A stretch of DNA of 64,000 nucleotides from Candidatus Uhrbacteria bacterium (GCA_016187515.1 JACPJN010000006.1:856-64855), one strand, 5' to 3'; numbered from the stretch's first letter, positions 8,890 to 18,933 are shown. Notes: generated by a model from the letters alone, not told the origin. Numbers and translations: made by a program.

Positions 8890-10407
8890 TCAAATTTTCC
8901 GTACCATCCCCTTTACTGCATCAATCTCAACCCGATCACCGGTTTTTAACACCTTCGTTGCAATTCTGGTCCCGATGATGCAGGGAATCCCCAGTTCTCG
9001 CGAGACAATCGCGGCATGCGAGGTGAGTCCGCCTTCATCTGTGATTACCGCGCTGGCCTTATGCATGAGCGGCACAAATTCCGGCCGCGTCATGGTCGTG
9101 ACCAGAATTGCGCCGGCCTTAAAACGCGCGTTCGATACGTCGAGCACAACCTGCACGCGCCCTTGGAATGATTTGACCGGCAATGATGATGCAACCTGCC
9201 CTTGTATGGCAGCGGTCTTCTGCGCAGGAAACATTGTTTTCCACAGTTGTCGCGCGTCACGCCCCGTCAGCATGGCCTCCCGTTCCCCTTTGCCGCGCTT
9301 CCATGCTACATAGCATGAAAGCGTCCGCCGCTTACGCAATTGCGGCCGTCTTGGAATCACCCCGCGCATGAGTGCCGTTTGCACCTCCTCAATGGTCATA
9401 TATTTTACCTCCCGCACATTCATGCGCAACCGTCGTGAAATTTCGCGCGCATACTCTTCAAAGTATCGATCCGCAATAAGCGCGATGCGCTTGCGTTCAT
9501 CAACCCATCCTGACCAAAACGAAAGTAGCTCAAACGCGCGCTTTAGTTTTAAAGAGCATGGTAATGCAAGGCGCAATCGAGCTTGTTCCTTTTTCGTGCG
9601 CGCTATTTTTGCGCGGATGTCGCGCAACCCTCTGACCAGCTTCGCGCGAGTATTATTCTTAACCTCTAACCGCATCTCTTCCCAAAAATCTTGCGCGCCA
9701 AGCGCGCGGCTTTCCCGATAATTAGAACGCAGCCAGCTGTGGCCGCGCGCGAACGCCTCGAGTTGATTGCGAAAACGCTCTGGTAAACGCGGGTAGTTGT
9801 TGTACTTACGCAGCGCCGCATACCACTTCAGCATTATAGTGAGCACCCCTCCGCGCGCCTGTTGTATAAAACTTAGTTTAAGCGGCGAGGAAAGCGTAAA
9901 CGCAATATTATTTAAGCGTTCGTCAGTCAAGCCGGGAAATTCTTGCCTCATGAGCTTAGGAAGTTCGTAGGTCGTAAAAATGTCCGCGCTCTCTTGGACC
10001 CAGGTCATGCGCCAATGATCGCGCACTGCTTCATTAAAACGCAAAAAAGATAAGGCCAGCTCGCGATTACTCATTGTATTTTTTCTTCGAACCAGTCGCT
10101 TCCCCTCATTATGCAGCGTGCGAATAATTTCTCCCCATTTCTTATATTGGACGCGCTGACGTGATGGATTTTTGAGGTGTCGCATCCATACATAATTCCA
10201 AATTTTGAGTTTCTCGTCTTCGGGCGTTTCCTCAAAAACAAAATCATTTTTGAAAAAACACAAAATAATTGTCGGCAGCCGCGGATGCCAAAATTTTGAC
10301 TGCTCAATAAAGGCCCGCATCCATACGCAAAACATGGGCACGGCCGGCGCCTCTTCCGACCACCAAGTATGCTTTTTGATTTCTTCTATGACGAATGGCA
10401 ATTTCAT
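8890..10407 (-). CDS. PEP-utilising phospho-His swivel domain protein, paralogue 1
   Basis: C-terminal ILVTTMTRP..AVITDEGGLTSHAAIVSRELGIPC; ~400 aa unknown N-terminal domain; no ATP-grasp. Confidence 0.9.
   Translation of the reverse strand: MKLPFVIEEIKKHTWWSEEAPAVPMFCVWMRAFIEQSKFWHPRLPTIILCFFKNDFVFEETPEDEKLKIWNYVWMRHLKNPSRQRVQYKKWGEIIRTLHNEGKRLVRRKNTMSNRELALSFLRFNEAVRDHWRMTWVQESADIFTTYELPKLMRQEFPGLTDERLNNIAFTLSSPLKLSFIQQARGGVLTIMLKWYAALRKYNNYPRLPERFRNQLEAFARGHSWLRSNYRESRALGAQDFWEEMRLEVKNNTRAKLVRGLRDIRAKIARTKKEQARLRLALPCSLKLKRAFELLSFWSGWVDERKRIALIADRYFEEYAREISRRLRMNVREVKYMTIEEVQTALMRGVIPRRPQLRKRRTLSCYVAWKRGKGEREAMLTGRDARQLWKTMFPAQKTAAIQGQVASSLPVKSFQGRVQVVLDVSNARFKAGAILVTTMTRPEFVPLMHKASAVITDEGGLTSHAAIVSRELGIPCIIGTRIATKVLKTGDRVEIDAVKGMVRKI
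9296..9323. repeat. 28-bp palindrome copy inside paralogue 1
   Basis: CGCTTCCATGCTA-CA-TAGCATGAAAGCG. Confidence 0.7.
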
Positions 10408-10417
10408 AACACATGTG

Positions 10418-10447
10418 GCACTCCCATGCTTTGGAGTATGGGAGTGC
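10418..10447. promoter_or_regulatory. Candidate operator palindrome upstream of paralogue 1
   Basis: GCACTCCCATGCT-TTGG-AGTATGGGAGTGC, 10 bp from the ATG. Confidence 0.55.
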
Positions 10448-10452
10448 GCAAA

Positions 10453-11859
10453 TTAGAGTTTCCTGACCATCCCGCGCTGCGCGTCAACTTCCACGTGATC
10501 GCCGGTTTTGAAAAGATGAGTCGCATGCACCGTGCCCGTGATACACGGAATTCCGAACTCGCGCGACATAATTGCCGCATGCACGGTTACTCCTCCTTCA
10601 TTAGTCACCACCCCGCCGGCCTTTTTCATGGCTAGCACAAAATCAGGGGTCGTCATGGAGGTAATTAGAATATCACCTTTCCGAATAAGACGCATGGCCT
10701 CTTTCGGATCATCCGTAACCACCGCGCGCCCTTTTGCATATCCGCGCGAGGCAATGACCCCCTTCACTTCCTGACGCGCCGTGTTCGGCATAGCCAGCTC
10801 TTGGTCAATCGCTTTCCACGCGGCCTGGCCATATTTTTCAAAAACTATTTTGCCCTGCTCAAACTTTGCGCAATATCCTCGCCGCCGCTTGGCAACAATC
10901 GCGCGCGGAAATTTTCCGGTTCTGATAAACTGTCTGGTCTCCTCTACTGTTAGCATTTGCACATCACGCATTGGCACCCTGTATCGCTTCGCCGCCGCCG
11001 TGCGCACCTCATCTATGGCATAAAGAGTCCGCATTTGAATTTCTTTGCGCTCATCATGCAATCGCGCGCAAGCATCCAGCACGCGCAAATACGGTTGTAT
11101 AATTTGCGCCGGAATTTTCCATTTGCGGATCATGGCTTGCCGCGCGTTGGCGATCTTTACGGCATACTGCAGCAACTCCACGCGTTTTTCTTTAACCTTC
11201 CGCATCTCTTTCAGTATATCGGCATGAGACAATGGTTTGGTTCCACTCCAACCCATGGTCAACCAAAAGTATTGCTTCCAAATCTCTCGGAGATCCAATC
11301 TCCGTAAGTTAGGAGATTGGATCTCTGCTTTGTATTGCATCACCACGCTGCGATACGCCGCTTGCTGCAAAATAGCCCAGTCCTCTTTATCTTCAACTAC
11401 CTGGCCATAACCGGCGCCACGCAACTGCTTTGCACATACTTCCGAAAAATAATCATCAAATGCGTCAATGGCAATGCCGAGCGTTCGCGTATGCAATAAA
11501 AGCAGTTCGTGTATCTTATCAAAACGCGCTAAAAGACCTTTGGCATCTTTTGGCAACGGCACATCCAGCAAGGCCAGCAGATATTTTCGGCACACTGCAT
11601 AACGCTCCCGCGCCGCTTTAAAAAAACTTCCTTCAGTGCCTTGAGTAATCCAGCGCTTGTTCCATTTCAAACCATTATCTCGGTATTCCGGCTGACCATA
11701 GCACCAATACAAATGCTCGTCTTTGAAACCAAAAAACGCGCGATCCACATTGTAGTATTCGCGCCCCTGGGCACCGCGCCGCTTAAACCAATCCGTGTGC
11801 GGCTCCAGCGCACTGAATATCGCGCCCCCGCGCTCATAGACTTTCCAATCAGTCCACAT
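10453..11859 (-). CDS. PEP-utilising phospho-His swivel domain protein, paralogue 2
   Basis: GDILITSMTTP..VVTNEGGVTVHAAIMSREFGIPC at the C-terminus. Confidence 0.9.
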   Translation of the reverse strand: MWTDWKVYERGGAIFSALEPHTDWFKRRGAQGREYYNVDRAFFGFKDEHLYWCYGQPEYRDNGLKWNKRWITQGTEGSFFKAARERYAVCRKYLLALLDVPLPKDAKGLLARFDKIHELLLLHTRTLGIAIDAFDDYFSEVCAKQLRGAGYGQVVEDKEDWAILQQAAYRSVVMQYKAEIQSPNLRRLDLREIWKQYFWLTMGWSGTKPLSHADILKEMRKVKEKRVELLQYAVKIANARQAMIRKWKIPAQIIQPYLRVLDACARLHDERKEIQMRTLYAIDEVRTAAAKRYRVPMRDVQMLTVEETRQFIRTGKFPRAIVAKRRRGYCAKFEQGKIVFEKYGQAAWKAIDQELAMPNTARQEVKGVIASRGYAKGRAVVTDDPKEAMRLIRKGDILITSMTTPDFVLAMKKAGGVVTNEGGVTVHAAIMSREFGIPCITGTVHATHLFKTGDHVEVDAQRGMVRKL

Positions 11860-11892
11860 ATCCCATAGTAGAAATTCGACTTAACTGTTACG

Positions 11893-12513
11893 TCATCTCA
11901 GTCCCGCCACTGATTCTGCTATGGCACGTTTGATGATTCGTTCAAGTAAGCGGTAATCTCCATTATCTCCGGCTTGAAGCGCCTGAATATAACGATGTCT
12001 TCCGGATTTTGTTTCCACTTTAAGTTCAACAGGCGGCAGATCAAGGTTGAGCAAAATAATATTGATGAGCAAACGGGCCATACGACCGTTGTAATCTTGA
12101 AACGGATGAATCCAAAGGAAGCGGTGGTGTGCCCACGCAAGGAGTGTTATCAGCGCGCCTAAAAAATCTGGATTCTCAATTGAAGGCAGATGTCGCAAAC
12201 GCTCCTCAATATCACGACAAAAATCGAGCATAAGTTGGGGTACGATAAAAAATTTCGGCGGCTTATGATCAGAAACTTCAACGTCAACCGTGCGAAATCG
12301 ACCGCCAAGATCAGGAAAAATCCAACCAAAACCAACCCGGTGAATCTCGCGAAGAGAGTCCAAGGTAATAGAAATTCTGCCCGCAGCATGCATTTCCAAC
12401 ACAAAATCCCACGCCCGTTTAATTCCCTCTATCTCAAGCGGAATCAATTTTGAGCGCGGGATGATGCCAAACGCAGTGTCGCGGTAACTTGTTTCCCCTG
12501 GCCTGCGCGACAT
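11893..12513 (-). CDS. Fic domain toxin (AMPylase motif)
   Basis: HPFQDYNGRMAR, close to the HPFxxGNGRxxR consensus. Confidence 0.9.
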   Translation of the reverse strand: MSRRPGETSYRDTAFGIIPRSKLIPLEIEGIKRAWDFVLEMHAAGRISITLDSLREIHRVGFGWIFPDLGGRFRTVDVEVSDHKPPKFFIVPQLMLDFCRDIEERLRHLPSIENPDFLGALITLLAWAHHRFLWIHPFQDYNGRMARLLINIILLNLDLPPVELKVETKSGRHRYIQALQAGDNGDYRLLERIIKRAIAESVAGLR

Positions 12514-12518
12514 AGATC

Positions 12519-12698
12519 TTATCGAAACTTATGTAGAATATTGGCGACCATCTGCCGCGTAGTTTCCGGATTTTCCGTTTTAGTAGTACGATAAATCATT
12601 TTAGATTCAAATGCGCGAAAATATGCCCGGCGCATTGCGCTTGCGCGCCCGGTTTTTTTATACTTTTTGAGGATAGCGACAAGATCGTGTTCAGACAT
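12519..12698 (-). CDS. Putative Fic antitoxin, 59 aa (not in ORF track)
   Basis: Manual translation MSEHDLVAILKKYKK...MIYRTTKTENPETTRQMVANILHKFR*; TTKTEN fits the (S/T)xxxE(G/N) inhibitory motif; stop 5 bp before the fic ATG. Confidence 0.75.
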   Translation of the reverse strand: MSEHDLVAILKKYKKTGRASAMRRAYFRAFESKMIYRTTKTENPETTRQMVANILHKFR

Positions 12699-12764
12699 AT
12701 TATGGTAAGTACTTCTTTTATTGTATATGATAAAAAATGGTCTGTCAAGATCACAAAGAATGGG

Positions 12765-14363
12765 CTATATTTTTCTCACTGTCCCATTTTCTGCATCCAC
12801 CTCAACTATATCCCCATCCTTAAATACCTGCGTTGCCACTTTGGTACCCACAATGCAGGGCACGCCAAGCTCTCGTGAAACCACTGCCGCGTGGCTAGTC
12901 ATGCCGCCGGTGTCCGTTACAATCGCGGCGGCGCGTTTCATCACCATAATGTAATCCGGCGAAGTCATGCCCGTAACCAAAATATCGCCGTGCTTCATCC
13001 GTTGCAATTCTTTGTGCGGCGAAAAAATCAAACGCACTCTCCCGCGCACTTTTGGCCCACGGCTTACCGTGAGCCCATGCACTTCCTCCACTCCTTGATG
13101 CGCGCGTTTTTCAAAAGGCGCCAAAACTTTAAGCGCGGCTTTGCCGGTATATACTCGCGAATCGCCTTTTTCCCATTCTAAATGCATCACACTCACTTGC
13201 CGCGCTTTGGCCAGATCGCGCACATTGACCCTGGCACCCGATAATACTGCCTCAATTTCATCTGGCATCAAATCTTTGCACATCGTAAACGGCACTCGCG
13301 CGCGCCGCGCCACCTCATTCAAAAATATATCAATCGCATGATTGGCTTGCCACACATATTTTTTGCGTTCGTCTTGCCAACTAATGGTTTGTCCAAGTTT
13401 GCGCGCCACAGTTGCTTCCAATTTTGAAAAACCTAGTTTTTTGATCATCTGCTCTTTTGCGCGCGCCCGCTGTCGTGGGGCTTGCTCAATGGCGCGCATA
13501 CGCTCACTAATACTTCCTTTTTTTATTTCCTCTTTGAGCCGCTTTGCAAAATCCGCCGCGGTGAGTACGCGACTGCCATAATAACTGTTATACAGCCAAA
13601 AATATTTTCGCGCGTGCGCTGCCAGAGCTTTCCTTAGTTCTTTGTCATCAATAAATTCATAACTCCCCCTCCCCCCTCTTATCTTAAGAGGGGGTTTCGA
13701 TCGGTCTCCTCCCCTTAAGGTAAGGGGAGGCTGGGAGGGGCTATGCGCAATTGCAATCCTCAACAAATCCCGTTCCTCTTCTTGAAAAAATCCCAACTCT
13801 GCCGGCGCGCTTAAAACTTCAAGCGCATGCAGATATTCTTGACCAGCCAGTCCGCGCTTTTTAAGCGCGTCCATCAAAAACTTCTCCCCGCCCCAATTAG
13901 CCAGCTCCGGCACAGTGCCATGATTCCAAAAATCAAAATACGCTTCTTTCCACTGATGATAAAGCTTCGCGTAACTCCCCCTTATCCCAAGATGGGGTTT
14001 CGCTTGATCCCCCTCCCAAAAGGCGCGGGAGGGCTGGGGAGGGTTATGAAAAATCTGGTTCACGACTTGCTGATTTAGCGCGAGTAACTTTTCTACCGCC
14101 CGATCAAACCGCCGGCGCACCAACGCCTTCTTCTTATCCGGCAATATCCACTTTTCAAAAACGCGCCACCCGTCCTTGCGTAGCGCCTCCTGGTCACAAA
14201 TATAAGTCATCTTATGACGATTGAACGCAAAAAGCGCCTCGGGCCAATGCACGCCATAGGTTTTTGGAAACCGGTCAAAATAGGTCATGACCCAGTACGC
14301 AGGATACTGCCACGCCCCCTCAATCGGCCCCCAGACAAACAGTTCACGCTTGGGATTGATCAT
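12765..14363 (-). CDS. PEP-utilising phospho-His swivel domain protein, paralogue 3 (two in-frame palindrome insertions)
   Basis: IVTDTGGMTSHAAVVSRELGVPC; start moved to ATG 14363 (MINPKRELF) because the longer ORF overlaps a divergent promoter. Confidence 0.88.
   Translation of the reverse strand: MINPKRELFVWGPIEGAWQYPAYWVMTYFDRFPKTYGVHWPEALFAFNRHKMTYICDQEALRKDGWRVFEKWILPDKKKALVRRRFDRAVEKLLALNQQVVNQIFHNPPQPSRAFWEGDQAKPHLGIRGSYAKLYHQWKEAYFDFWNHGTVPELANWGGEKFLMDALKKRGLAGQEYLHALEVLSAPAELGFFQEEERDLLRIAIAHSPSQPPLTLRGGDRSKPPLKIRGGRGSYEFIDDKELRKALAAHARKYFWLYNSYYGSRVLTAADFAKRLKEEIKKGSISERMRAIEQAPRQRARAKEQMIKKLGFSKLEATVARKLGQTISWQDERKKYVWQANHAIDIFLNEVARRARVPFTMCKDLMPDEIEAVLSGARVNVRDLAKARQVSVMHLEWEKGDSRVYTGKAALKVLAPFEKRAHQGVEEVHGLTVSRGPKVRGRVRLIFSPHKELQRMKHGDILVTGMTSPDYIMVMKRAAAIVTDTGGMTSHAAVVSRELGVPCIVGTKVATQVFKDGDIVEVDAENGTVRKI
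13657..13745. repeat. In-frame palindromic dimer in paralogue 3
   Basis: Encodes HSPSQPPLTLRGGDRSKPPLKIRGGRGSYE. Confidence 0.9.
13970..14049. repeat. Degenerate in-frame palindromic dimer in paralogue 3
   Basis: CGTAACTCCCC...GGGGAGGGTTATGA termini; encodes HNPPQPSRAFWEGDQAKPHLGIRGSY. Confidence 0.8.
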
Positions 14364-14402
14364 AATCACGATTACCCCTAATTCTATAATAAAAACTGCG
14401 GC

Positions 14403-14431
14403 TTGACAAGGAGAGGTAAATATGCTATGAT
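14403..14431 (+). promoter_or_regulatory. Sigma70 promoter of creatininase-family gene
   Basis: TTGACA-17 nt-TATGAT with extended TGn. Confidence 0.75.
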
Positions 14432-14520
14432 GCGAGGATTCTGGATGATGAAGATGAATAGGACAACCTGCCCTTGCGCAAAGCTGCGCAAAGCAAGACA
14501 AACCAAAAGGAGACGTACCT

Positions 14521-15347
14521 TGAGCAACCTACGTAATACAACCGTCACCGGACGCATGAGCTGGGGAGAAGTCGAAGCAGTAATTCGAGGCGACAAGCAA
14601 GCATACGGTAGCTGTTTCGCGGTCTGGGGATGGGGTTCGCAAGAACAGCACGGCCCGCGCATGCCGCTGGACACCGATGCGCTCATCGCCGAACACTTCG
14701 CGCAACTAATCGCGCGAGAGCGACATGTCCTCCAGTTCCCCACGGTTCCGATCGGCATGAGCCGGCACCACGAGGCCTTCCCAGGCACGGTCTCGCTCTC
14801 GCAAGAAGCGGCCTACGGGGTCGCCGCCTCGGTCCTGCGCTCGCTTCACCGTATGGGCGTGACTCACCTGTTCGCGCTCATGGGACATGGTGGCAATGTC
14901 AACCCGTTCCACGCCGCAGTCCAGGGCCTAGGCAAGGAGATCGCTGGTCTCACGGTCTGCGAGCCGCTGGATGCACTGTTCTACACGACCGAAGGTGAAC
15001 TGGGCGAGCTCCTGAACTCCTTCGGCGAGACGGTCAGTCACGCAGGCGCGGCCGAGTGCTCCATCATCTACGCGATCATGGACGACCACGAACGAAGGGT
15101 GGACATCGCCGATCTGAACGCGGTCAAGATCACCGACGACATGGTGACCTTGGGCGGTCACGGCGTCGGAACCCAGGGCGGTAACCCCGAGGCCTTCCGC
15201 CAGATGTTTCCCTACGGCTCCAAGGGCGACCAGCGCAAGTCGGACACCACAAGAGGCCGCCGAATGCTCCACCTCATGGAGCAAGCACTACTGGCCAAGT
15301 TCGACGAGTTCGTGACACCCACCCTAGCCACGACTCGACGACAATAA
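14521..15347 (+). CDS. Creatininase/creatinine amidohydrolase family protein
   Basis: GSQEQHGPRMPLDTD, GMSRHH..FPGTVSL, GHGGN, HAGAAE; AAGGAG SD before TTG 14521. Confidence 0.88.
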
Positions 15348-15355
15348 CCACAAAG

Positions 15356-15391
15356 GGCGTGCGCCCGCAAGGACGCACGCCTGATTTTTTT
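15356..15391 (+). terminator. Intrinsic terminator
   Basis: GGCGTGCG-CCCGCAAGGA-CGCACGCC followed by TGATTTTTTT. Confidence 0.75.
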
Positions 15392-15403
15392 ATAGTCTCG
15401 TTT

Positions 15404-16249
15404 TCATATCTTATTATTCGCCATCGCCACGGCGTGCACGATGTGCCAGAAATAATCTTTTTCATTGCGGGTGCCGTCTTCGTAGACAACGCCAAGATCA
15501 AGGTAGGGACACGCCAGGCAATTCCAACCGCCCAGATACAACAGGGCTTTGAACCAAGCATTTCCCACCAGCCCCATGGAAGGGACAATAAGCGTGGCGC
15601 CGTCCCACACCGCGGTCTCATACTCAAAATAATATTCCTTCGTATCATATCCTCGCCCGCGTAAATATTCCGCCAGTTGCGTATTGATTGCCGCTATATC
15701 ATCCAGCAATGGGTATTTGCCAACTTTGCTGGTGGGCCGCAAACTGGACATCACGCCGATCTTTGGCTTTAACCCTAAATCCTCCTCCATGTAGCGAATC
15801 AGGCGATCAATTTCATATTTTTTGTCCTCCAAAGTATGCCCCTGATAAATTGAACTCGTGCTGGCCACGAAACAGTACTGATCCTTCTGCAATATTCCCG
15901 GACACACTTTGCGATTGGAAGGCAATGGCTCTTTTCCAAATTGCCTGTGAAACTCATCAAGTGTAAATGAATCTTTGACTTGCCCGCGCACAATTCCGTC
16001 CACTTTGCCCTCTTTGAGCAAGCCAATCAATTTTACGCTGGCTTGATCCTGATCTTCCTCAACCACATTTTCAAATCCTTCCACTTTTGCGCCGACCACG
16101 ACAAGATTGGCATATTGAGATGCGCGCCGCAAACTTTCTACCGTTTCGGGAATCGGCCGCATAATACCAATCGCGATTTTGCGCTTTTGCCTTTTCGCGC
16201 GGTCAAGGAAAAGCTGTTGAATAGGATGTAAGTTATTCATCATATGCAT
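15404..16249 (-). CDS. Phosphotransacetylase-fold protein, MtxX-like
   Basis: KIAIGI, LLKEGKVDGIVRG, PKIGVMS, P.MGLVGNAWFKAL..LG, VYEDGTR resemble recalled MtxX family motifs. Confidence 0.6.
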   Translation of the reverse strand: MHMMNNLHPIQQLFLDRAKRQKRKIAIGIMRPIPETVESLRRASQYANLVVVGAKVEGFENVVEEDQDQASVKLIGLLKEGKVDGIVRGQVKDSFTLDEFHRQFGKEPLPSNRKVCPGILQKDQYCFVASTSSIYQGHTLEDKKYEIDRLIRYMEEDLGLKPKIGVMSSLRPTSKVGKYPLLDDIAAINTQLAEYLRGRGYDTKEYYFEYETAVWDGATLIVPSMGLVGNAWFKALLYLGGWNCLACPYLDLGVVYEDGTRNEKDYFWHIVHAVAMANNKI

Positions 16250-16252
16250 ATT

Positions 16253-17011
16253 TTACACCTCCACTCCTTGGGTTTCCACCAGATTGCCATCCTTGTCAAA
16301 GGTAAACATTTCGCAAAACTTTGGCGCATCTTCCGCGATCGCTTCTCGGCCTAATTTTTCATACCGGATTTGTCCAAGCGCGCCGCTGTGTCCGGCGCCA
16401 AACAATACTACCGGTACTGTATCGCTCGTAATTTTTTCGCGTAAAGTACGCACGACTTGCCGATACCTCTGCGCTGATTCTGCCGGATGAATTGCCGGGT
16501 CAGTGCGCGGCACTATTCTATTCATTTCATTTAGCCAGCGCGCCACTGCCTCGGCTTCGCTAATCCCGTCTCTGGCCATCATCTCCGCAAACGGCGTCCA
16601 GGTTTTATCGCTGGAGTCGGCCATGAGTTTTACCAGCTCTTCTTCGTCTACCTGCAGCATATCAACTCTTTTGGCGCCCTCCCCATGTTCCTTTTTGTCC
16701 CGCGCTTCCCGCTGGGCAATGCGCGCGGTGGCCAGCGCGCGAGTAAGTTGCGCGCGATCTTTTCCGCTATCAATGCTTACAAACACGCTTTGCTTAGGCA
16801 GTGACTCAAAAAGCGCGTCGCCCAATCGCAAACTGCGTTGAATCCCGTCCAGTTTAAGCGGGGTTTCAGTAAGCCCTTTAAATTCACTTTTCAACACTGA
16901 CAAAACCAACTCCGCCTCCTCTGGCGGAAGTTCAACACGCAATTCTTGCTCATCAATTTGCCACTTCCCTTTATCCGCATGCCGGACGATAATTGATTCT
17001 CCTTCTGGCAT
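16253..17011 (-). CDS. Hypothetical protein, histidine-phosphatase-like
   Basis: N-terminal IIVRHA, SGKDRAQLT, C-terminal LFGAGHSG. Confidence 0.55.
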   Translation of the reverse strand: MPEGESIIVRHADKGKWQIDEQELRVELPPEEAELVLSVLKSEFKGLTETPLKLDGIQRSLRLGDALFESLPKQSVFVSIDSGKDRAQLTRALATARIAQREARDKKEHGEGAKRVDMLQVDEEELVKLMADSSDKTWTPFAEMMARDGISEAEAVARWLNEMNRIVPRTDPAIHPAESAQRYRQVVRTLREKITSDTVPVVLFGAGHSGALGQIRYEKLGREAIAEDAPKFCEMFTFDKDGNLVETQGVEV

Positions 17012-17035
17012 ATAATTTTGAATTAATACTTAATG

Positions 17036-18520
17036 CTATGCCCGCTTAAGCACGGTTACCACTTCATGATTCGCATTGACCTCCACTAGATCGCCATCCT
17101 TGAGAACTTCCGTTGCGATTTTGGTGCCGATGATGCATGGAATGCCAAGTTCTCGCGAGACAATGGCGGCATGGCAGGTAATTCCGCCCTCATTGGTTAC
17201 CAGCGCCGCCGCTTTTTTAATGCCCGCGATATAATCCGGACGAGTCATCACCGCGACAAGAATGTCGCCTTTTTCTACTTTGCCAACCTCCCGCGCTGAT
17301 CCTACGATTTTTGCGCGCCCAATCACGCGCCCCACTGACGCGGCCAGACCGCGAATATCCCGCACCTGATCATTGGTTTTATCGGGAAACATGATGCGGC
17401 GGACTTTTTGAACATCATCACCTGTCAAAATGGAATACGCACCGCGGGTCGCCATGAAAAAGCAACCTTGCTCACGTTTTCGCAGATCGGAAGTCGAAGG
17501 CGTTCCTGCAGTAAACCATTTTGAGACCTCGGCAGGCACGAGATATTTCGTAAGCGCGGGGTTGATACCACGTCTGCGCGCCATTTCTCCTAAAATCTTC
17601 GTCCCCATGTGAATGTTCAGATACGTTGATTTTTTCCTTTCATCCTGCCACCAAGTAAAATCCTCGGAAACCTTGAGCAATGTGAGCAGTAATTTTGAAA
17701 ATTTATATTTTTTAAAGAGTGCAACTTTCTTTTCTCGATTCACGCGCGGAGTATTCCGCAACTGCCGATATTTCGCCTTAAGATCAACACCAGATGCAAT
17801 CCAACGCTCAATCTCCTTTTTAAAATGCGCAACCGTGAGTACATGCGCGGCAAAATAATTATTATTGATCCAAAAATACTTTTGCTGATATTTTTTAATG
17901 AGCAAGTCATTCCCGCGCAAGCGGAATTTCATGGCGATTTTCAACAACTCCATCTCTGCCTCATTAATGAACGATTGGGATATCGGCGCAGTGGCAATAC
18001 TGAAAATCTCCGTAAAATCCGATTCTTTTTTCGTGCTTCCGATTTCCTCTCGCAACATTTTCGCAATATGCTCATCCGTGCCAAGCGCAAAATGATCAAT
18101 AATCGCCGAGGATGTAAAACGATTAATAAAACACTCGTGATATTTTTTGTAAAGCGCTAGTAATTTCTCATTGGATAATTTTCTAACATTGAGTGTCTTG
18201 AAATTTTCAAAAAACTTCTGGAACGCGCCTTCATCAGCCTTCCATTTGGCTAAAAGTTTCGTACTAACATGCGGATCCTTTTTGGCAAGCCGGATCATGA
18301 TGTCAGAACCGCGCGCAATATCCGCCATATCAAGATACCAATCACCCTTTCCGTCTTTCATAAAAAAACTGACGCGCACGTTCGCCTCGGTGCCCGCCGG
18401 TTTTCGTTTTTCTTTTCTCAATTCCGCCTCGGCCACCGCAAACAAATAAAATGGCGATCCATCAAACCGCTGATGATACCACTGCCTCCCTTTGATCAGT
18501 TTTTCAACGCCCTTCCCCAT
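17036..18520 (-). CDS. PEP-utilising phospho-His swivel domain protein, paralogue 4
   Basis: GDILVAVMTRP..LVTNEGGITCHAAIVSRELGIPC. Confidence 0.9.
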   Translation of the reverse strand: MGKGVEKLIKGRQWYHQRFDGSPFYLFAVAEAELRKEKRKPAGTEANVRVSFFMKDGKGDWYLDMADIARGSDIMIRLAKKDPHVSTKLLAKWKADEGAFQKFFENFKTLNVRKLSNEKLLALYKKYHECFINRFTSSAIIDHFALGTDEHIAKMLREEIGSTKKESDFTEIFSIATAPISQSFINEAEMELLKIAMKFRLRGNDLLIKKYQQKYFWINNNYFAAHVLTVAHFKKEIERWIASGVDLKAKYRQLRNTPRVNREKKVALFKKYKFSKLLLTLLKVSEDFTWWQDERKKSTYLNIHMGTKILGEMARRRGINPALTKYLVPAEVSKWFTAGTPSTSDLRKREQGCFFMATRGAYSILTGDDVQKVRRIMFPDKTNDQVRDIRGLAASVGRVIGRAKIVGSAREVGKVEKGDILVAVMTRPDYIAGIKKAAALVTNEGGITCHAAIVSRELGIPCIIGTKIATEVLKDGDLVEVNANHEVVTVLKRA

Positions 18521-18533
18521 ACACTAAATCCAC

Positions 18534-18561
18534 CACTTCCATGATAGGTATCATGGAAGTG
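18534..18561. promoter_or_regulatory. Candidate operator palindrome upstream of paralogue 4
   Basis: Perfect inverted repeat CACTTCCATGATA-GG-TATCATGGAAGTG. Confidence 0.6.
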
Positions 18562-18562
18562 C

Positions 18563-18925
18563 CTAAAAAGGTTTCTTTTTTACAACGCGTTTCTTTTTTG
18601 ATACACCTTTTTTCATTTCTCGCGCTCCAGTTAATGCCTCAAGGTATCCCCCACGCCCAAAGCTCAACCAGCGCTCTACGCGTGAAATAGTCGCTGGTCC
18701 GCAATTCAATCGATCAATAATATCCTTGTAGGTAGCCCCCTGCAGCAGCATATCTGCAATCATAAGGCGCCGGATTAACATCAAACGTTCCTGTCTATTC
18801 AAGAGATCTTTGAGAAAGTTGTGAATCGACTGCTTGGTTTTGAGATCACAAAGGGTTTTACAAAACCAATCCATGAGCCGATCTTGGGTATTATAAGGTA
18901 TTCGCTTTTCATTATATCGCGCCAT
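18563..18925 (-). CDS. TrpR-like (YerC/YecD family) DNA-binding protein
   Basis: FLKDLLNRQER..LIRRLMIADML..GATY..I...LNCGPATISRV..WL..GRGGY. Confidence 0.85.
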   Translation of the reverse strand: MARYNEKRIPYNTQDRLMDWFCKTLCDLKTKQSIHNFLKDLLNRQERLMLIRRLMIADMLLQGATYKDIIDRLNCGPATISRVERWLSFGRGGYLEALTGAREMKKGVSKKKRVVKKKPF

Positions 18926-18933
18926 ATATTTGA

